Positions 13,532-23,212 of a DNA stretch of 64,000 nucleotides are shown piece by piece. The notes below the pieces were generated by a model. The model did no database searches. It was not told the origin of the DNA and was given only the letters and a program-made list of their open reading frames with translations. This stretch comes from Nitrospinaceae bacterium (GTDB lineage: Bacteria; Nitrospinota; Nitrospinia; Nitrospinales; Nitrospinaceae): positions 2,752,001 to 2,816,000 of the forward strand of contig OZ250172.1 of assembly GCA_965237905.1 (NCBI GenBank). The letters are read 5' to 3'. How positions within the stretch are numbered: position 1 is the stretch's first letter; every line of letters begins with the position of its first letter. The position numbers and the translations under genes are program-made.

Positions 13532-13691
13532 GGGCGTGATTGTAAGTTTACTTTCGCTCCCTTGACGGGAAGTGGCAACTGGCTTACCGTTGATGGCTTT
13601 CGATGATCTCCGTGCACAATTCTAAAGTTTTTAAATTTGCACCGGGCTTTGCCCGGTCAGCGGCGATTCGCCGCAAAAGATTGGGAATCGC

Positions 13692-14783
13692 ATGTTTGAT
13701 TATCTGGATAGCAGATTGAAGCCTCTGGAAAGTAAAGTGCTGGCGGAGGAGCGCCTGTCTTTTGAGGATGGGGTCATCCTGTTCGAAACTCCGGATCTTC
13801 TGGGGGTGGGGCATTTGGCCAATCTACGCCGGGAGCAATTGAACGGGAACAACGCTTATTTTATCCATAACCGGCATATCAACCCCACGAATATCTGCAT
13901 TCATAGTTGCCAGTTCTGCGCCTTTGGGGTCAAAGCCGATGCGCCCAACGCCTACGAAAAATCACTGGAAGAAATTTTTGAAGATGCGGGAGCGTACCGG
14001 GGAGGGGAGGTCAGCGAGTTCCATATTGTTGGCGGGCTCCATCCGGATTGGCCGTATCAAATTTATCTCGATATGGTGCAGGGGTTGAAGGACCGGTTTC
14101 CGGCGGTTCATATTCAGGCGTTCACCGCAGTGGAGTTGCATTACCTGGCCGAACTGGCGGGCAAGCCGTTGCGTGAAACTTTGCTGGAGTTAAGAGAGGC
14201 CGGGTTAGGCTCCATTCCGGGAGGCGGGGCAGAAATCTTTGCCAGCCGATGCCGCAAGAAAATCTGTAACGACAAAATCACCGGGGAAGAATGGCTGGAG
14301 GTGCACGAAATCGCGCATGAGGTGGGACTGAAAAGCAACGCCACCATGTTGTACGGCCATCTGGAAACCATCGAAGAGCGCGTCGACCATTTGGTGCGTC
14401 TCCGGGAATTGCAGGACCGTACCGGCGGATTTGTCACGTTCATCCCGCTGTCGTTTCATCCTGAAAACACACCGCTGGAGTTTTTGCCTTCCACCAGCGG
14501 ACAGTTGGATTTACGCGCACTGGCGGTTTCGCGTTTGATGCTGGACAACTTTCCACACGTGAAAGCGTTCTGGATTATGATCACCCCGAAAATCGCACAG
14601 TTGTCTCTTGCCATGGGAGTCGATGACATGGATGGTACGGTGGTGGAGGAGAAGATCATTCATGCCGCCGGAGCCTGCACCGATCAGATATTCCACAGGC
14701 AAACCATCGTGGATATGATCCGGGAAGCAGGCCGGACTCCCATGGAACGGGACACGTTGTACGAAACCCCGCAATTGGTTTAA
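13692..14783 (+). CDS. mqnE: Aminofutalosine synthase (radical SAM)
   Basis: NPTNICIHSCQFCAF, HIVGGLHP, PGGGAEIF, NATMLYGH, HVKAFW and DDMDGTVVEEKI motifs. Confidence 0.88.
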   Translation: MFDYLDSRLKPLESKVLAEERLSFEDGVILFETPDLLGVGHLANLRREQLNGNNAYFIHNRHINPTNICIHSCQFCAFGVKADAPNAYEKSLEEIFEDAGAYRGGEVSEFHIVGGLHPDWPYQIYLDMVQGLKDRFPAVHIQAFTAVELHYLAELAGKPLRETLLELREAGLGSIPGGGAEIFASRCRKKICNDKITGEEWLEVHEIAHEVGLKSNATMLYGHLETIEERVDHLVRLRELQDRTGGFVTFIPLSFHPENTPLEFLPSTSGQLDLRALAVSRLMLDNFPHVKAFWIMITPKIAQLSLAMGVDDMDGTVVEEKIIHAAGACTDQIFHRQTIVDMIREAGRTPMERDTLYETPQLV

Positions 14784-15009
14784 AATCAGTAATTTTTTGG
14801 CATTCACTGCCAACTTCCTTTATAATTAAATTTTATGCGTCACTGTAAAAAGGGTGCTTTCGTTTGACTCTTTTGCTTGACAGTTCGTTCAATTGGTTCC
14901 TTAATCGGATATTGTCGGGTTGAAATTTTGATCGAACTGTACCGGAAAAGTAAGCGCTGTTTTAGTTTGATGAACCGCTGTAGTTGCCAGTGAATAAGGA
15001 AAGGGAATT

Positions 15010-15396
15010 ATGGGTTACGAAACCAAAAAAGTGATGGTGGTAGATGACTCTTCAGTCATGCGCCAAATTATCAAAAACAATTTGAAGCAACTGGGTTTTG
15101 AGCATACGAATTTGCTGGATGCGGAAGATGGACAGCAGGCCTTGAAAAAGATCAGCGAGAATGGGGTGGATCTCGTGGTCTCAGACTGGAATATGCCGAA
15201 AATGAGTGGCATCGATCTTTTGAAAGCCGTTCGGGCCGATGGCGACTTGAAGGAACTCCCCTTTTTGATGGTGACCTCCGAAGCCGACCGGGAAAAAATC
15301 ATGGAGGCGGTTCAGGCGGGTGTGAATCAGTATATTGTCAAACCCTTTAATGCTTCTCAATTGGAAGAAAAGATCAAGGAGATTTTCCCCGGCTGA
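15010..15396 (+). CDS. cheY: CheY-like single-domain response regulator
   Basis: VVDD, SDWNMPKMSG, LMVT and YIVKPF motifs. Confidence 0.85.
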   Translation: MGYETKKVMVVDDSSVMRQIIKNNLKQLGFEHTNLLDAEDGQQALKKISENGVDLVVSDWNMPKMSGIDLLKAVRADGDLKELPFLMVTSEADREKIMEAVQAGVNQYIVKPFNASQLEEKIKEIFPG

Positions 15397-15497
15397 ATTC
15401 TTTTGTCTTTCTCCCTGAAGAGTTTGAGGCAAACTGAGTTCGTTGCTGTCAGGTTGTCTGTCATCCCACCTCATCATGGTATTCCGGTAATCCCTTA

Positions 15498-16607
15498 TTA
15501 TTTTCGCACGGTCAGAGTGGGTACTCGACCGGTTTGGCTTTTCTGAATAATTTCCTCAGCGATTTGATCCAGAGGCAGAATTTTGTCTGCCAACCTGCCC
15601 TTAATCACAAATCCAGGCATTCCCCAGATCACGCTCGTGGCCTCATCCTGAGCGATAACCTGTCCGCCGCGATCCTGGATGTGCTGACACCCATCGGCTC
15701 CGTCGTGTCCCATTCCGGTCAAAACAACCGCCAGAGCGTTTCGTCCGAAAACTTTGGCCACCGAGCGGAACAGAACATCGACTGACGGTCGACAGGAATT
15801 TTCGTGAGGTTTCTGGTTGATGAGGGCGACCACGTCATCTTTATGATGTTCGACCACCAGATGGTAATCACCGGGAGCAATGTAGACGTGACCGGGTTGA
15901 AGAACACTGCCGCTTGTGCATTCCTGGACGGTCACCGTCGCCTGCGAGTTCAGCCGGTCGGCGAGAAGTTTAGTGAAATAGGGTGGCATATGCTGAACGA
16001 TTACGATGGGCACCGGAAAATTGGATGGAAAGGAAGGCATCAAGGACGCCAAAGCACTCGGCCCACCTGTGGATACGCCGATCGCTACCACGTCGACACG
16101 GTGGAGCGACTTAAGCCCTTTCGTGTACTTCGGGTCTATGGATTGGGTGACGGCCGGTTTGGGTTTGGGGAGATTGGTGGGTATATCCAGCCCTGCAGAT
16201 TCGCTACACAGCGCTTTGATTTTTAGAATCAGTTCATTTTTTATGAGTTCAATGCCCTGATCCAGGCCGGTGACCGTTGAAGGTTTGGTCACGTAATCGG
16301 TCGCCCCTTTGGCAAGAGCATCCAGCGTGGCGGTGGCTCCGCTCTGGGTCAGGGTGCTGAACATGATGACCGGAAGATCAGGCCACTCCCCCCGGATCTT
16401 CTCCAGAGTCTCCAGTCCGTTCATTTCAGGCATTTCGATATCCAGAGAAATGATGTCGGGCTTGACCAAGGGGATTTTCTTGAGACAGATACTCCCATTG
16501 GCCGCTGTTCCCACCACCTCAATGGCAGGATCCTGATTCATGGTGTCGGAAAGCATTTTTCGGACAACGACGGAATCATCAGCGATGAGGACTTTGATTT
16601 TCGGCAT
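15498..16607 (-). CDS. cheB: Chemotaxis methylesterase (REC + CheB)
   Basis: REC domain (LDIEMP), then STGGP, VQHMP, RPSVDVLF and LTGMGHDG. Confidence 0.93.
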   Translation of the reverse strand: MPKIKVLIADDSVVVRKMLSDTMNQDPAIEVVGTAANGSICLKKIPLVKPDIISLDIEMPEMNGLETLEKIRGEWPDLPVIMFSTLTQSGATATLDALAKGATDYVTKPSTVTGLDQGIELIKNELILKIKALCSESAGLDIPTNLPKPKPAVTQSIDPKYTKGLKSLHRVDVVAIGVSTGGPSALASLMPSFPSNFPVPIVIVQHMPPYFTKLLADRLNSQATVTVQECTSGSVLQPGHVYIAPGDYHLVVEHHKDDVVALINQKPHENSCRPSVDVLFRSVAKVFGRNALAVVLTGMGHDGADGCQHIQDRGGQVIAQDEATSVIWGMPGFVIKGRLADKILPLDQIAEEIIQKSQTGRVPTLTVRK

Positions 16608-17034
16608 ATTTTTTGGGGTTTTCAGCCGGTTAATTGGATGTGAAATTCAAGGACTCTATATAAATGAGTGAGGACGCCGGAGGTGCGCCAACCGAATGAC
16701 CTTTATCAAGAGTAACGGAAAATACCCGGCACCTCCAGTAAATAGAGTGTTCAATGAGCTGGAGTCCTCCATTGTTTTAGAAATCCTTTGCATTCCCCGC
16801 AGTTAAAATAAAAAAGCTTAAAAGAAAAGAAGTTATAAAAATATTAGTCAAAAAAGGTAGGTATTCGGTCGATGCTTTGAGAAATTCTGCTTCATTTTCT
16901 GGCAGAGGTTAAGGGTATTACTTCTTTATTAAGCATTCCTGTGAAATTTACCAGGCGTCCCCACCCGTTTCTGTTTCCGCTAAAACCTCTTTATTTAGAG
17001 CGATATTCGCTGTTTGCAGGTTGAATTTTCAAAA

Positions 17035-17050
17035 TGGCACGGGAATTGTA
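17035..17050 (+). promoter_or_regulatory. Sigma-54-like promoter upstream of nirA
   Basis: TGGCACG-GGAA-TTGTA with correct -24/-12 spacing, but GT in place of the conserved GC. Confidence 0.5.
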
Positions 17051-17069
17051 TTAGCGGGAATTGTATTAG
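17040..17069. repeat. Perfect 15-bp tandem duplication CGGGAATTGTATTAG
   Basis: Two exact adjacent copies at 17040-17054 and 17055-17069. Confidence 0.9.
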
Positions 17070-17139
17070 TAAGAGGCTTATGGGATGAGTTGCGAATGCT
17101 CAACCCGCTGAACGGTTAAAATTTGGATTTGGGGTTCTA

Positions 17140-18741
17140 ATGAATAAAGTTGAAATACTAAAAGCTGAAAAAAATGTTTTGGACGTTAAGAACGATATCG
17201 CCCGTTTTGCCCGCGAAGGGTGGGAATCGATTTCTGAGGATGATGTTCAAAGGCTCAAATGGTATGGGTTGTTTTTAAGAAAACCCACTCCCGGATTTTT
17301 CATGCTCCGGGTTCGCATACCGAACGGGTTCGCGACCGCGGATCAGTTGCGGGCGCTATCGCTGATATCACAGCATTATGGAAATGGAGTTATTGATATC
17401 ACCACACGCCAACAGTTTCAAATCCGGCATTTGCGTATTGAAAATATTGCCGCGGTTTTTGACGCCCTGGATTCGGTGGATTTAACCTCTCTGCAAACCG
17501 GAATCGATAACGTGCGGAACATCATGGGATGCCCCGTAGCGGGATTGCATCCCAGGGAAATTATCGATGCCTCGCCCTGGGTCCGGGCCTTGAATCAGCA
17601 TATCCTGAACAATCCGGAGTTTGTGAATCTTCCAAGAAAATTCAATGTCGCCATCACCGGGTGTCCCGACAACTGCCTTCATACGGAAACTCAAGATCTG
17701 GCGTTGATTCCTGCCGTCAGAACGATTGCGGGAAGGGAACACATCGGCTTTAACATTCTGGCCGGGGGAAAACTGGGTTCCGGGGGATACCGGATTGCCA
17801 GCCCGCTGGATATATTCGTGCTTCCCGAAGAAGTGGTTGAAGTGTGCGCGGAAATTATTCTGTTGTTTCGCGACCACGGGTCCCGCGAATCCCGCACTCA
17901 AAACCGTCTGGCCTTTCTTTTGGATGAATGGGGGGAAGATCGGTTTCGAGAGGAACTGGTCTTGCGTTTGAAGCGTCCGCTGGAAAAAGCCGGTCAGGAT
18001 AAACGGCTTAACGAAATTAAAGACCACATGGGGATTTTCAGGCAAAAAGGCGCCACCATGAATTTTGTAGGATTGAAAGTGATCGTCGGACGCATCCAGG
18101 CAACGGAACTGTACCAAGTGGCGGACCTGGCCGAAAAATATGGAAAGGGAGAAATCCGAATTTCTCCTCATCAGGCACTGATCATTCCCCATGTGAAGGA
18201 TAATGTCCTCGGTGATCTGCTGGAAGAATCCACATTGAAGAATTTGTTGTATGCTCCCTCGGCGATACAAAAAAATCTGGTCAGTTGTGTGGGAAAAGAT
18301 TATTGCCACCTGGCGGCCATTGAAACCAAGGGACAGGCGGTGGAAGTCGCCCGTCAGGTGGAAGATAAACTTGACCTGGAAAAGGTGGGGCCGATTTCGA
18401 TGCACTGGTCGGGGTGTCCCGCTGGATGCGGCAATCATTTGGTGGCGGATATCGGGTTCCTGGGAAAAAAGGCGAAAGTCGGCAACGACATTGTCGACGC
18501 AGTGGATATTTTTGTCGGCGGTCGGGCCGGGCCGCATCCCAAGCAGGCGGTTAAAATTCTCGAAAATGTACCCTGTGATCAGCTCCCGCAGGTTTTGGAG
18601 AATATCATTCCGTACCATACAAGAACGAAAATGCATCCCATCCGAAAAAAACGAGACGCGAACAAAACTTTGAAGACGGGAAAGCCGATCACGCGCAGTC
18701 AACAATCCTTATCATCTAAATCATCCCTGATGTGTGTTTGA
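17140..18741 (+). CDS. nirA: Ferredoxin-nitrite reductase (assimilatory)
   Basis: LKWYGLF, TTRQQ, NLPRKFN, and sirohaem/Fe-S ligands CVGKDYC and SGCPAGCG; adjacent to an FNT transporter. Confidence 0.9.
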   Translation: MNKVEILKAEKNVLDVKNDIARFAREGWESISEDDVQRLKWYGLFLRKPTPGFFMLRVRIPNGFATADQLRALSLISQHYGNGVIDITTRQQFQIRHLRIENIAAVFDALDSVDLTSLQTGIDNVRNIMGCPVAGLHPREIIDASPWVRALNQHILNNPEFVNLPRKFNVAITGCPDNCLHTETQDLALIPAVRTIAGREHIGFNILAGGKLGSGGYRIASPLDIFVLPEEVVEVCAEIILLFRDHGSRESRTQNRLAFLLDEWGEDRFREELVLRLKRPLEKAGQDKRLNEIKDHMGIFRQKGATMNFVGLKVIVGRIQATELYQVADLAEKYGKGEIRISPHQALIIPHVKDNVLGDLLEESTLKNLLYAPSAIQKNLVSCVGKDYCHLAAIETKGQAVEVARQVEDKLDLEKVGPISMHWSGCPAGCGNHLVADIGFLGKKAKVGNDIVDAVDIFVGGRAGPHPKQAVKILENVPCDQLPQVLENIIPYHTRTKMHPIRKKRDANKTLKTGKPITRSQQSLSSKSSLMCV

Positions 18742-18776
18742 CACAGACCCATTTCCGGAGACAACCGAGAGGACTT

Positions 18777-19661
18777 ATGTTTGGAGAAGAAATAAATAAG
18801 ATTACCGAAACAGCTGAAAATAAAATGCGCTACATGCAATCCTCGCCTGCGGGTTATTTGGTGTTATCGGCCCTGGCCGGTATTTATGTCGGGTTTGGAA
18901 TCATCCTCATTTTTTCCATCGGCGGACCCATCCATGCCGGTGCCGGACCCTTTCTGAAACTGGTGATGGGCGCCAGTTTTGGCATTGCGTTGAGCCTGGT
19001 CATTTTCGCCGGATCGGAATTGTTTACCGGCAACAATATGATTCTGGTTATCGGAAGATTACAGAAGAAAACGTCCTCCGGAATGCTGATGAAATCATGG
19101 CTCCTGTGTTATCTGGGAAATTTGATCGGCTCGGTTCTGCTGGCCTGGCTCATGTTTCATGCGGACAGTCTGGCAGAATCCTCGAAAAACCTGGTTTTGC
19201 AGGTCAGCTCCATGAAAATGAATGCCGGCGCCAAGGAGTTGTTCATCCGGGGAATATTATGCAACTGGCTGGTGTGCCTAGCGGTGTGGCTGGCCGTGAA
19301 GATTAAAAGTGAAACCGCAAAGCTCATCATGATTTTCTGGTGCCTGTTCGCGTTTATCAGCAGCGGGTTCGAACATTGCGTGGCCAATATGACCTTGCTG
19401 AGCTTGGGCTTACTGCTTCCTCATGGGGCGGAGATTTCCATGGCCGGGTTCGGCTACAATCTGACCTGGGTCACATTGGGGAATATCGTCGGCGGCGCCC
19501 TGTTTGTCGGCATGGCCTATTGGTTCGCGGCTTCAAAAAATATAAAATCCGTATCCGTAAAAAACGGCAATGGCGAGTATTCAAAGATTGAAACAATACC
19601 TCAGGGAGAAGTTGGGGAGGTGTCCGAGGGAATAACCGCATCCACAATCAGCGGCAGGTGA
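18777..19661 (+). CDS. nirC: Formate/nitrite transporter
   Basis: GSELFTGN, GILCNWLVCLAVW, GFEHCVANM and VTLGNIVGG; SD GAGGA before ATG 18777. Confidence 0.9.
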   Translation: MFGEEINKITETAENKMRYMQSSPAGYLVLSALAGIYVGFGIILIFSIGGPIHAGAGPFLKLVMGASFGIALSLVIFAGSELFTGNNMILVIGRLQKKTSSGMLMKSWLLCYLGNLIGSVLLAWLMFHADSLAESSKNLVLQVSSMKMNAGAKELFIRGILCNWLVCLAVWLAVKIKSETAKLIMIFWCLFAFISSGFEHCVANMTLLSLGLLLPHGAEISMAGFGYNLTWVTLGNIVGGALFVGMAYWFAASKNIKSVSVKNGNGEYSKIETIPQGEVGEVSEGITASTISGR

Positions 19662-19691
19662 TCCAAGGCGACACGGATGACCGGAGAATAG

Positions 19692-19835
19692 CTGGGGTTG
19701 GTTGCCTCCGGCAATATGCTACTCGGAATGATCCGCATCGATAAAGCGGACCGTTGGTTGCATCTGGGACTGGAATTTGAAATATTATTACCTGGAATTT
19801 TGCTTCGGTCCACCCAACGGAGTACTCATGCCTGA
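19692..19835 (+). pseudogene. Possible 3' remnant of a DUF4383-like membrane protein gene
   Basis: After a TAG the frame reads LGLVASGNMLLGMIRIDKADRWLHLGLEFEILLPGILL...*, resembling the ADxWLHL motif; its stop overlaps the start of the next gene. Confidence 0.3.
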
Positions 19836-20211
19836 TGACGGAATGACTACAGGGCTTGCAAAGATTCGCGTTAAACGCGCCTATGAGCCACCTTCTCCAA
19901 GCGATGGTTATCGCATACTCGTGGATCGTTTGTGGCCCCGTGGTCTTACCAAAGAGCGTCTGCAATTAAAGTTATGGAATAAAGATATTGGTCCTTCCCA
20001 CGAACTTCGCCGCTGGTTCGGGCACGATCCTCAGAAATGGCGCGAGTTCAAAAAAAGATATTTCGTCGAGCTGGATGCCAATCCCACTGCTGTCGAAACC
20101 GTGCTATCGTGTTTGCAGAAAGAACCCGTGGTAACGTTTGTATTCGGGTCCAAAGAAGAGAAGCTCAACAACGCTGTCGCCCTCCAAACTTATTTCGAAT
20201 CCATCCAATGA
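19828..20211 (+). CDS. DUF488 (YeaO-like) protein
   Basis: KRAYEP...DGYRILVDRLWPRG...PSHELRRWFGHDP...NNAVAL. The start could also be 19843. Confidence 0.88.
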   Translation: MPDDGMTTGLAKIRVKRAYEPPSPSDGYRILVDRLWPRGLTKERLQLKLWNKDIGPSHELRRWFGHDPQKWREFKKRYFVELDANPTAVETVLSCLQKEPVVTFVFGSKEEKLNNAVALQTYFESIQ

Positions 20212-20360
20212 TGTTTTCTGTGTATCCCACAATCCAAGCGTAATATTTTCCTTAAATTCAGCCTTTCTAGAAGCATGTCCCTGGTTTCGGATCATAAATG
20301 AATGGTTTTCTTAAGGGGTTCCATTAATATAAGATAGATAAGGTTTATTTGAGGAGCGCC

Positions 20361-20834
20361 ATGAAGAAAACACTCACAGTGGGTGGTATCGATTTCTCCA
20401 GGAAATACGTTTGTATGGAATGCGGTTGCCAGCATGACCCCATTGATGCCAAGCGTGGATTGTTGGTGATTGAGATTTTCATGTGGCTTCTGTATATTCT
20501 TCCCGGAGTCATCTATTCCATTTGGCGGCGGGTGCGCACACAACAGGTTTGCTCGAAATGCCGGAATCCTTCGGTCGTGTTGACATCTTCTTCCCGGGCC
20601 ATGGGAATGATGCGACTGATGAAAGCCTTTTCCCGGCCTCTAATGACGAACTCAAAAAATCCAAAACCCAATTCACCCCAAAAGCCGGCTCCCGGAGAGC
20701 AGAATCCATCTCAAAAGCCAAAATCCGGGAAAAAGGATTTGAATCAAATTTTGAAATCTACTAATCGCCGGGGACTGAAACCCAAAGGTCAGCAGGGACT
20801 TATTAATTTTAAATCTCCGGGCCAAGACCAGTAA
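20361..20834 (+). CDS. Hypothetical membrane protein with two CxxC pairs
   Basis: CMEC and CSKC flank a hydrophobic segment; basic, Pro-rich tail; SD GAGGAG. Confidence 0.7.
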   Translation: MKKTLTVGGIDFSRKYVCMECGCQHDPIDAKRGLLVIEIFMWLLYILPGVIYSIWRRVRTQQVCSKCRNPSVVLTSSSRAMGMMRLMKAFSRPLMTNSKNPKPNSPQKPAPGEQNPSQKPKSGKKDLNQILKSTNRRGLKPKGQQGLINFKSPGQDQ

Positions 20835-20868
20835 CCGGACACGATGCAAAGCTTTTCTGAGCCCACCT

Positions 20869-21597
20869 ATGGATTCATCGACGAAAGATTTGAGTGGCAA
20901 AGAGCTCATTAGGAAAGATTTCACTGGGCAAAATCTGGTTGAGTTTGATTTCAGTGAAGCCGATCTCACCGAAGCGACTCTGAACGAGGCCGATTGTTCC
21001 CGCGCCGTATTTTACCGGGCGCGTCTCCGGGAGGCACAAGCCTCCAAAACCCGTTTCCATGAAGCCAACTTGGAGGAAGCCAATCTCAGCAATGCCTTGT
21101 TTCAGGAAGCGGATTTTACTTCGGTCGATTTGGAGGGAGCGGATTTGCGGGGAGCCGATTTCACCCGAGCCGACCTCAGCAATGCCAATATGACAGGTGT
21201 CTACATGAACGAGGCCACGTTCGTTGACGCGCGCTTGATCGAGGTTGATCTGAAAGCCGGAGACCTGCGTCAAGCGAACCTGTCGGGCGCCAATTTAACC
21301 CGAGCGGATTTGCGGTACTCAAATCTGGAAGGGGCCGACCTCAGCGGTGCCAAATTGCATGAGGCCGATCTTACCGGGGCGAACCTTTCGCGAGCCAAAT
21401 TGAAGCAGGCGGATCTCTTAAACGCCGATTTCAGTGAATGCAAAATCATTGGGGCGGATTTCTCGGATGCCATTCATCTCGACTGTTCGCAGATTGAAAC
21501 CACCCTATTTAAAAAAGACAGCGTAACCTTTCCGAACTCCGTCCAGATTACCTGGTTGTCTGAAACCGAATACGAATGTCGATGCACAACCGAATAA
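20869..21597 (+). CDS. Pentapeptide repeat protein
   Basis: Long run of A(D/N)LxX pentapeptide repeats. Confidence 0.92.
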   Translation: MDSSTKDLSGKELIRKDFTGQNLVEFDFSEADLTEATLNEADCSRAVFYRARLREAQASKTRFHEANLEEANLSNALFQEADFTSVDLEGADLRGADFTRADLSNANMTGVYMNEATFVDARLIEVDLKAGDLRQANLSGANLTRADLRYSNLEGADLSGAKLHEADLTGANLSRAKLKQADLLNADFSECKIIGADFSDAIHLDCSQIETTLFKKDSVTFPNSVQITWLSETEYECRCTTE

Positions 21598-22577
21598 ATA
21601 GAGAGGTCTTTTTAAGTTCCTATCCGTCAAGCAAGAGCCTGACAATTCTTTTTATTTTCTTTGGTTTATTTTTAGGGGTCAGTCCGGCCATTCACGCCGC
21701 CCCATCGGTGAAAAAAATAACGGTCCATACCGTTTCCTATGCGAAGGGAACTTCTGCCGAATCACATCGGCTCACCAAGGATGCCGACAACGGCATTGTC
21801 AGTTTCTTTGACGCTCAAAACCGTCTGGTTCAGGAGCGGTACTCTTATAAAACCAAGGACCAATGCAACGTCAGGATTATCCTTGCGAAGCCGCGGGTGC
21901 ATCTCATCAATTGTCCCCGTCCCCGGGGCGCGCGGTTGGAGGGATTGGATTCTTTGGGGCAACCCCAATGGTCCTATGAAATCCGTGGCGCAAAGAAGGT
22001 GCGTCAGGAAGAAGTGTTTGGTGGATCAAGAGAGGGAATCGTTCTGAGCGGACTAAAAGTCATCGACCCTGAAACCGGCAAGGTGATCCTGAAGCCTCCA
22101 GTGAAGAGCTCTTTCAAGCCGCGATTAACAGTAACGCGTTCCATTCTGTATGTCCCTTCCAGCAAGACATTTTATTATTACGACGCAGAGGTTTCTCTTT
22201 TCAGTAAAAAGGGAGGGCTGTTCCGGATTCGTCCTCCCTATCACTATCAAAAAAAGGAGAACCTGCTCTCGTTAAAGTGGGGTCTATTGGGCCATGCCTC
22301 GGTCAAAGCCATGGCCTTGAGCCGGGATAAAAAATATCTTTTTCTGGGTAAACGCTGGGACACGCGCGGCGCTGGGTGGGTGGAGTTTGCTGTGTTCGAT
22401 ATTGAAGAGGCCAAGGAAATATTTTCGGATAGGCCGGAAGAATCCTGTGTTTGCCACAACTTAAAAATAACGGTTGGCGGGAAGGGCAGGGTGGCTTTCA
22501 GTTATGACCAAACTGCTGTCACCCAGGCGGTGGTGTATCAAGTTGACGATTCCCCGCTAAAAGAAAAACTGCCGTGA
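21576..22577 (+). CDS. Secreted hypothetical protein (beta-rich, possibly propeller-like)
   Basis: Signal-peptide-like segment ending AIHA and a long open frame; start uncertain. Confidence 0.6.
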   Translation: MSMHNRINREVFLSSYPSSKSLTILFIFFGLFLGVSPAIHAAPSVKKITVHTVSYAKGTSAESHRLTKDADNGIVSFFDAQNRLVQERYSYKTKDQCNVRIILAKPRVHLINCPRPRGARLEGLDSLGQPQWSYEIRGAKKVRQEEVFGGSREGIVLSGLKVIDPETGKVILKPPVKSSFKPRLTVTRSILYVPSSKTFYYYDAEVSLFSKKGGLFRIRPPYHYQKKENLLSLKWGLLGHASVKAMALSRDKKYLFLGKRWDTRGAGWVEFAVFDIEEAKEIFSDRPEESCVCHNLKITVGGKGRVAFSYDQTAVTQAVVYQVDDSPLKEKLP

Positions 22578-22853
22578 AATCCAGGTTTTGCAGTGGTGCC
22601 ACTGCCCGTCTTGTTGCTGAAATACTTTCACATAAAAATCCTTGTCCTGGCGTTCGATGTAATGGTATTTGGCGGCTTCCTGCTCTCCATTCTCAATAGG
22701 CCTGCAGACCGGGTGAAGCATGAATGCCAAACCTCCCAGGGTTCCCGCGATCAGCAAGCCCAGAGCCACCCATTGCTTTTTCCGGGCCAGAAAAACCGCG
22801 CCGAAAAACCACAGAAGGACTAAAAGTCCGAGTAGTGAGAAAATAATGGGCAT
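22557..22853 (-). CDS. Small membrane hypothetical protein
   Basis: Two TM helices followed by a Cys-containing soluble tail. Confidence 0.6.
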   Translation of the reverse strand: MPIIFSLLGLLVLLWFFGAVFLARKKQWVALGLLIAGTLGGLAFMLHPVCRPIENGEQEAAKYHYIERQDKDFYVKVFQQQDGQWHHCKTWISRQFFF

Positions 22854-23212
22854 AAATTTCTAAATCCGAAAAAGTAATTGAAAGCGTATTCTATTTCTTC
22901 CAGGTACCCTTTTAATAACCCTTCTATAGAAGACATTGTGGCAAGGTTCTGGTGGACGAATCCGTATGCCTCTGCGATACTAATAATACGCTTTCCAGCT
23001 TGATTATGTGGGTGGTATGGGCTCAACGCCTGTTCTTACCCAACGAGGGTCCTTCGAATTGCCCGCGGCCCACTTAAATTTAACAAATAAAAGGCTTCCA
23101 GTCGAAAAATTCAGGCTTATTTGACTAAAGAATTAATGGAAAAATTCAAAAAACTTGTTATCCTGAAGTAACACTATTCCTTTTTTAACAATAGCTTGGA
23201 GTCTACCCAATT

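Noticed and set aside
17482..18705. 407-aa antisense ORF over nirA, and similar shadow ORFs elsewhere (e.g. 26839-27519, 41158-41766)
   Set aside because: They overlap well-supported genes, show no motifs, and are expected from codon bias.
20869..21597. CRISPR-like or DNA-level repeat array
   Set aside because: The periodicity comes from pentapeptide protein repeats. I saw no repeat-spacer array or cas gene anywhere in the window.
22820..23026. 68-aa minus-strand ORF as a real gene
   Set aside because: Non-ATG start, overlap with the next gene and no recognisable motif; it may be a remnant but I cannot support it.
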